In this document: piece by piece, positions 61,684 to 64,000 of the stretch
How positions within the stretch are numbered: position 1 is the stretch's first letter
Layout: every line of letters begins with the position of its first letter
Source of the DNA: Acidobacteriota bacterium
GTDB lineage: Bacteria > Acidobacteriota > UBA890 > WLXD01
Assembly: GCA_963666215.2 (NCBI GenBank)
Contig: CAXWPL010000005.1
Coordinates: 1,472,001-1,536,000, forward strand
Reading direction: 5' to 3'
DNA: 64,000 nucleotides
Notes under the pieces: model-generated
Databases searched by the model: none
Told to the model about the DNA's origin: nothing
Seen by the model: the letters and a program-made list of their open reading frames with translations, nothing else
Program-made: the position numbers and the translations under genes

Positions 61684-64000
61684 GGCGGATTCAACTGGTC
61701 GTCGCAACATCTCGTGATGGAGGTGTTTCGATGGGAGTTGGCAAGTGTCAGGGTGCGATTCGAGCGATGCGTGGCCAGATGCGGTTACCTGGCCGGCCCT
61801 CGACAGCGCGGCGCGAGGACCGGATCCGGTTCTGGGAGACGATCGCTCGTGGGGCGTCCAGCGAGGACGCCGCAACAGAGGCTGGGGTGTCGCCGGCTGT
61901 CGGGTCGAGATGGTTCAGGCAAGCTGGTGGAATGCGACCTATCTCGTTGGCTCCGGTGTCGGGGCGTTATCTGTCGTTCGCCGAGCGTGAAGAGATCGCC
62001 ATCCTTCACGCTCAGCATGTTGGGGTACGTGAGATCGCTCGACGCCTGGGTCGTTCACCGTCGACGATTTCGCGGGAGCTGCGCCGCAACGCGTCGACTC
62101 GCAGCCGTGCCGTAACTTATCGGGCAACGACTGCGCAGTGGCACGCGGAGCGGCGCGCCAGCCGTCCGAAGGTCTCCAAGCTTGCCGCGAACGACGCCTT
62201 GCGTGAGTACGTGCAGAACCGCCTCGCCGGCGTGATCGCAAGGCCTGACGGGGAGCTGGTGCCGGGTCCGGATGTGCGTTGGATCGGCCGCCGGCACGGC
62301 CGTCGCCAGGATCGGCGTTGGGCGAAATCCTGGAGTCCGGAGCCGATCTCGAACCGGCTTCGGATGGATTTCCCCCATAATGAGTCGATGCGGATCTCTC
62401 ACGAGGCGATCTACCAAGCGCTCTACATCCAAGGTCAAGGAGCCCTCAAACGCGAGCTCGTCGCGTGCCTGCGAACCGGGCGAGCGCTACGAGTGCCGCA
62501 TGCGCGAACCCGGGGGCGAGGCAAGAAATTTGTGACTCCGGAGATCATGATCAGCGAACGCCCCGCCGAAGCCGGCGACAGGGCCGTGCCGGGTCACTGG
62601 GAAGGCGACCTGATCGTCGGGCTCGAGAGCTCAGCGATCGGGACCCTCGTCGAACGGACTACGCGGTTCACGATGCTGCTGCACCTGCCCCGCATGGAAG
62701 GTCACGGTAGCGAATCGAGGGTGAAGAACGGGCCGGCGCTCGCCGGGCACGGCGCCGAAGCCGTCCGTGACGCGATCGCGGCGTCGATCACCACGCTGCC
62801 CGAGCAGCTCCGCCGGTCCTTGACCTGGGACCAGGGCGCCGAGATGGCGCAACACGCTCAACTCCGCGTCGATACCGGCCTCGCGATCTACTTCTGCGAC
62901 CCGCACAGCCCCTGGCAGCGGGGCACCAACGAGAACACCAACGGACTGCTACGCCAGTACTTCCCGAAGGGCACCGACCTTGTCAGATACTCCTGCGGCG
63001 ACCTCGCCGCGGTCGCGCTCGCCCTCAACGGCCGACCTCGCAAGACCCTCGGCTGGAGAACCCCTGCCGAAGTCTTCGATGAGTTTGTACACTCTGCTCA
63101 CCAAGGCAACGCTGCGACGACTCCTTGAACCTAAGCAGTACGCCTCGAAGGCTTACCAGGATCGGCTGGCTGAGCTGCGGTTTCGCTGCAGCATGTCCGG
63201 CGTCGGAAATTGTCATGACAATGCGGTCTTGGAGAGCTTCTTCGACAGTCTCAAGACCGAGATCTGGGACCGACCCTTCGAGACTCGTCAGCGAGCTCAC
63301 GACGAAGCGGTTTCTTACCTCGAAGTGTTCTACGACCTGAGACGCCAGTATTCGACGCTCGGATTCCTCAGCCCCGAGGCCTTCGAAGGGGCAGCGTGAA
63401 CTCACGTGCGACCGGCGGCCGGATCCGAAGGGAGGCTGCGCTCCCCGAACCTCCCACAGCCTCGTCCGAAGCTGACTACCCGAACTGATGCAGAGTAGGA
63501 ACTGCCCCGATGGGGCTTAACTTGGTGTCCACGAAACCGTGACCGCTCAGAACCCCTGCCGAAGTCTTCGATGAGCTTGTACACTCTGCTCACCAAGGCA
63601 ACGTTGCGACGACCCCTTGAACCCAATCAATACGCCTCGAAGGCTTACCAGGATCGCCTGGCTGAGCTGCGGTTTCGCTGCAGCATGTCGGGCGTCGGAA
63701 ACTGTTACGACAATGCGGTCTTGGAGAGCTTTTTCGACACTCTCAAGACCGAGGCCTGGGACCGACCCTTCGAGACTCGGCAGCGAGCTCACGACGAAGC
63801 GGTTTCTTACCTCGAAGGGTTCTACAACCTGAGACGCCAGCACTCGACGCTCGGATTCCTCAGCCCCGCGGCCTTCGAAAGGGCAGCGTGAACTCACGCG
63901 CGACCGGCGGACGGATCCGAAGGGAGGCTGCGCTCCCCGAACCTCGCACAGCCTCGTCCGAACCTGACTACCCGAACTGATGCAGAATAGGAACTGCCCC
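61684..64000 (+). mobile_element. IS30-family element (intact transposase 61731-63128) with at least two tandem 492-bp tails, running off the window
   Basis: Near-identical to 26452-28394; IRRs end at 63135 and 63627; a further unit continues to the window end. Confidence 0.9.

Noticed and set aside
60546-63128. Apparent 860-aa membrane protein-IS30 transposase fusion
   Set aside because: The junction coincides exactly with the IS30 left end at 61684, and the upstream gene is itself frameshifted; this is chance in-frame read-through
63136-64000. Possible CRISPR-like array
   Set aside because: Units are 492-bp near-identical IS fragments with no unique spacers; no cas genes or short repeat-spacer arrays were recognised in the window

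Overview
GC-rich bacterial accessory region with no core housekeeping operon. Positions 1-47.8 kb are a patchwork of single catabolic and secreted enzyme genes in mixed orientation: four DUF3604-type metallohydrolases, sulfatases, LLM oxidoreductases, CoA-transferases, GSTs, leuCD plus a leuB-like gene, a PQQ dehydrogenase, MFS transporters and toxin-antitoxin pairs. They are separated by about a dozen short gene remnants, several MITE/REP-like repeat families, a tRNA-Leu(CAA) 3' fragment (att-like) and an ORF-less group II intron. One gene is a UGA-readthrough selenoprotein that the ORF track splits in two. Positions 47.8-64 kb are dense in mobile elements: an ISAzo13-type IS, a three-level nest (rve-integrase IS > Mu/TnsB-like DDE plus AAA element > IS21) and an IS30 element carrying a tandem 492-bp tail. 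The best candidate for a new system is that the two nested transposons have unrelated ATPase subtypes but share a four-gene layout (Cys-rich ORF, DDE transposase, AAA+ ATPase, homologous ~115-aa IxSLxYFLP protein). All family calls come from motif recognition by eye; no searches were run.
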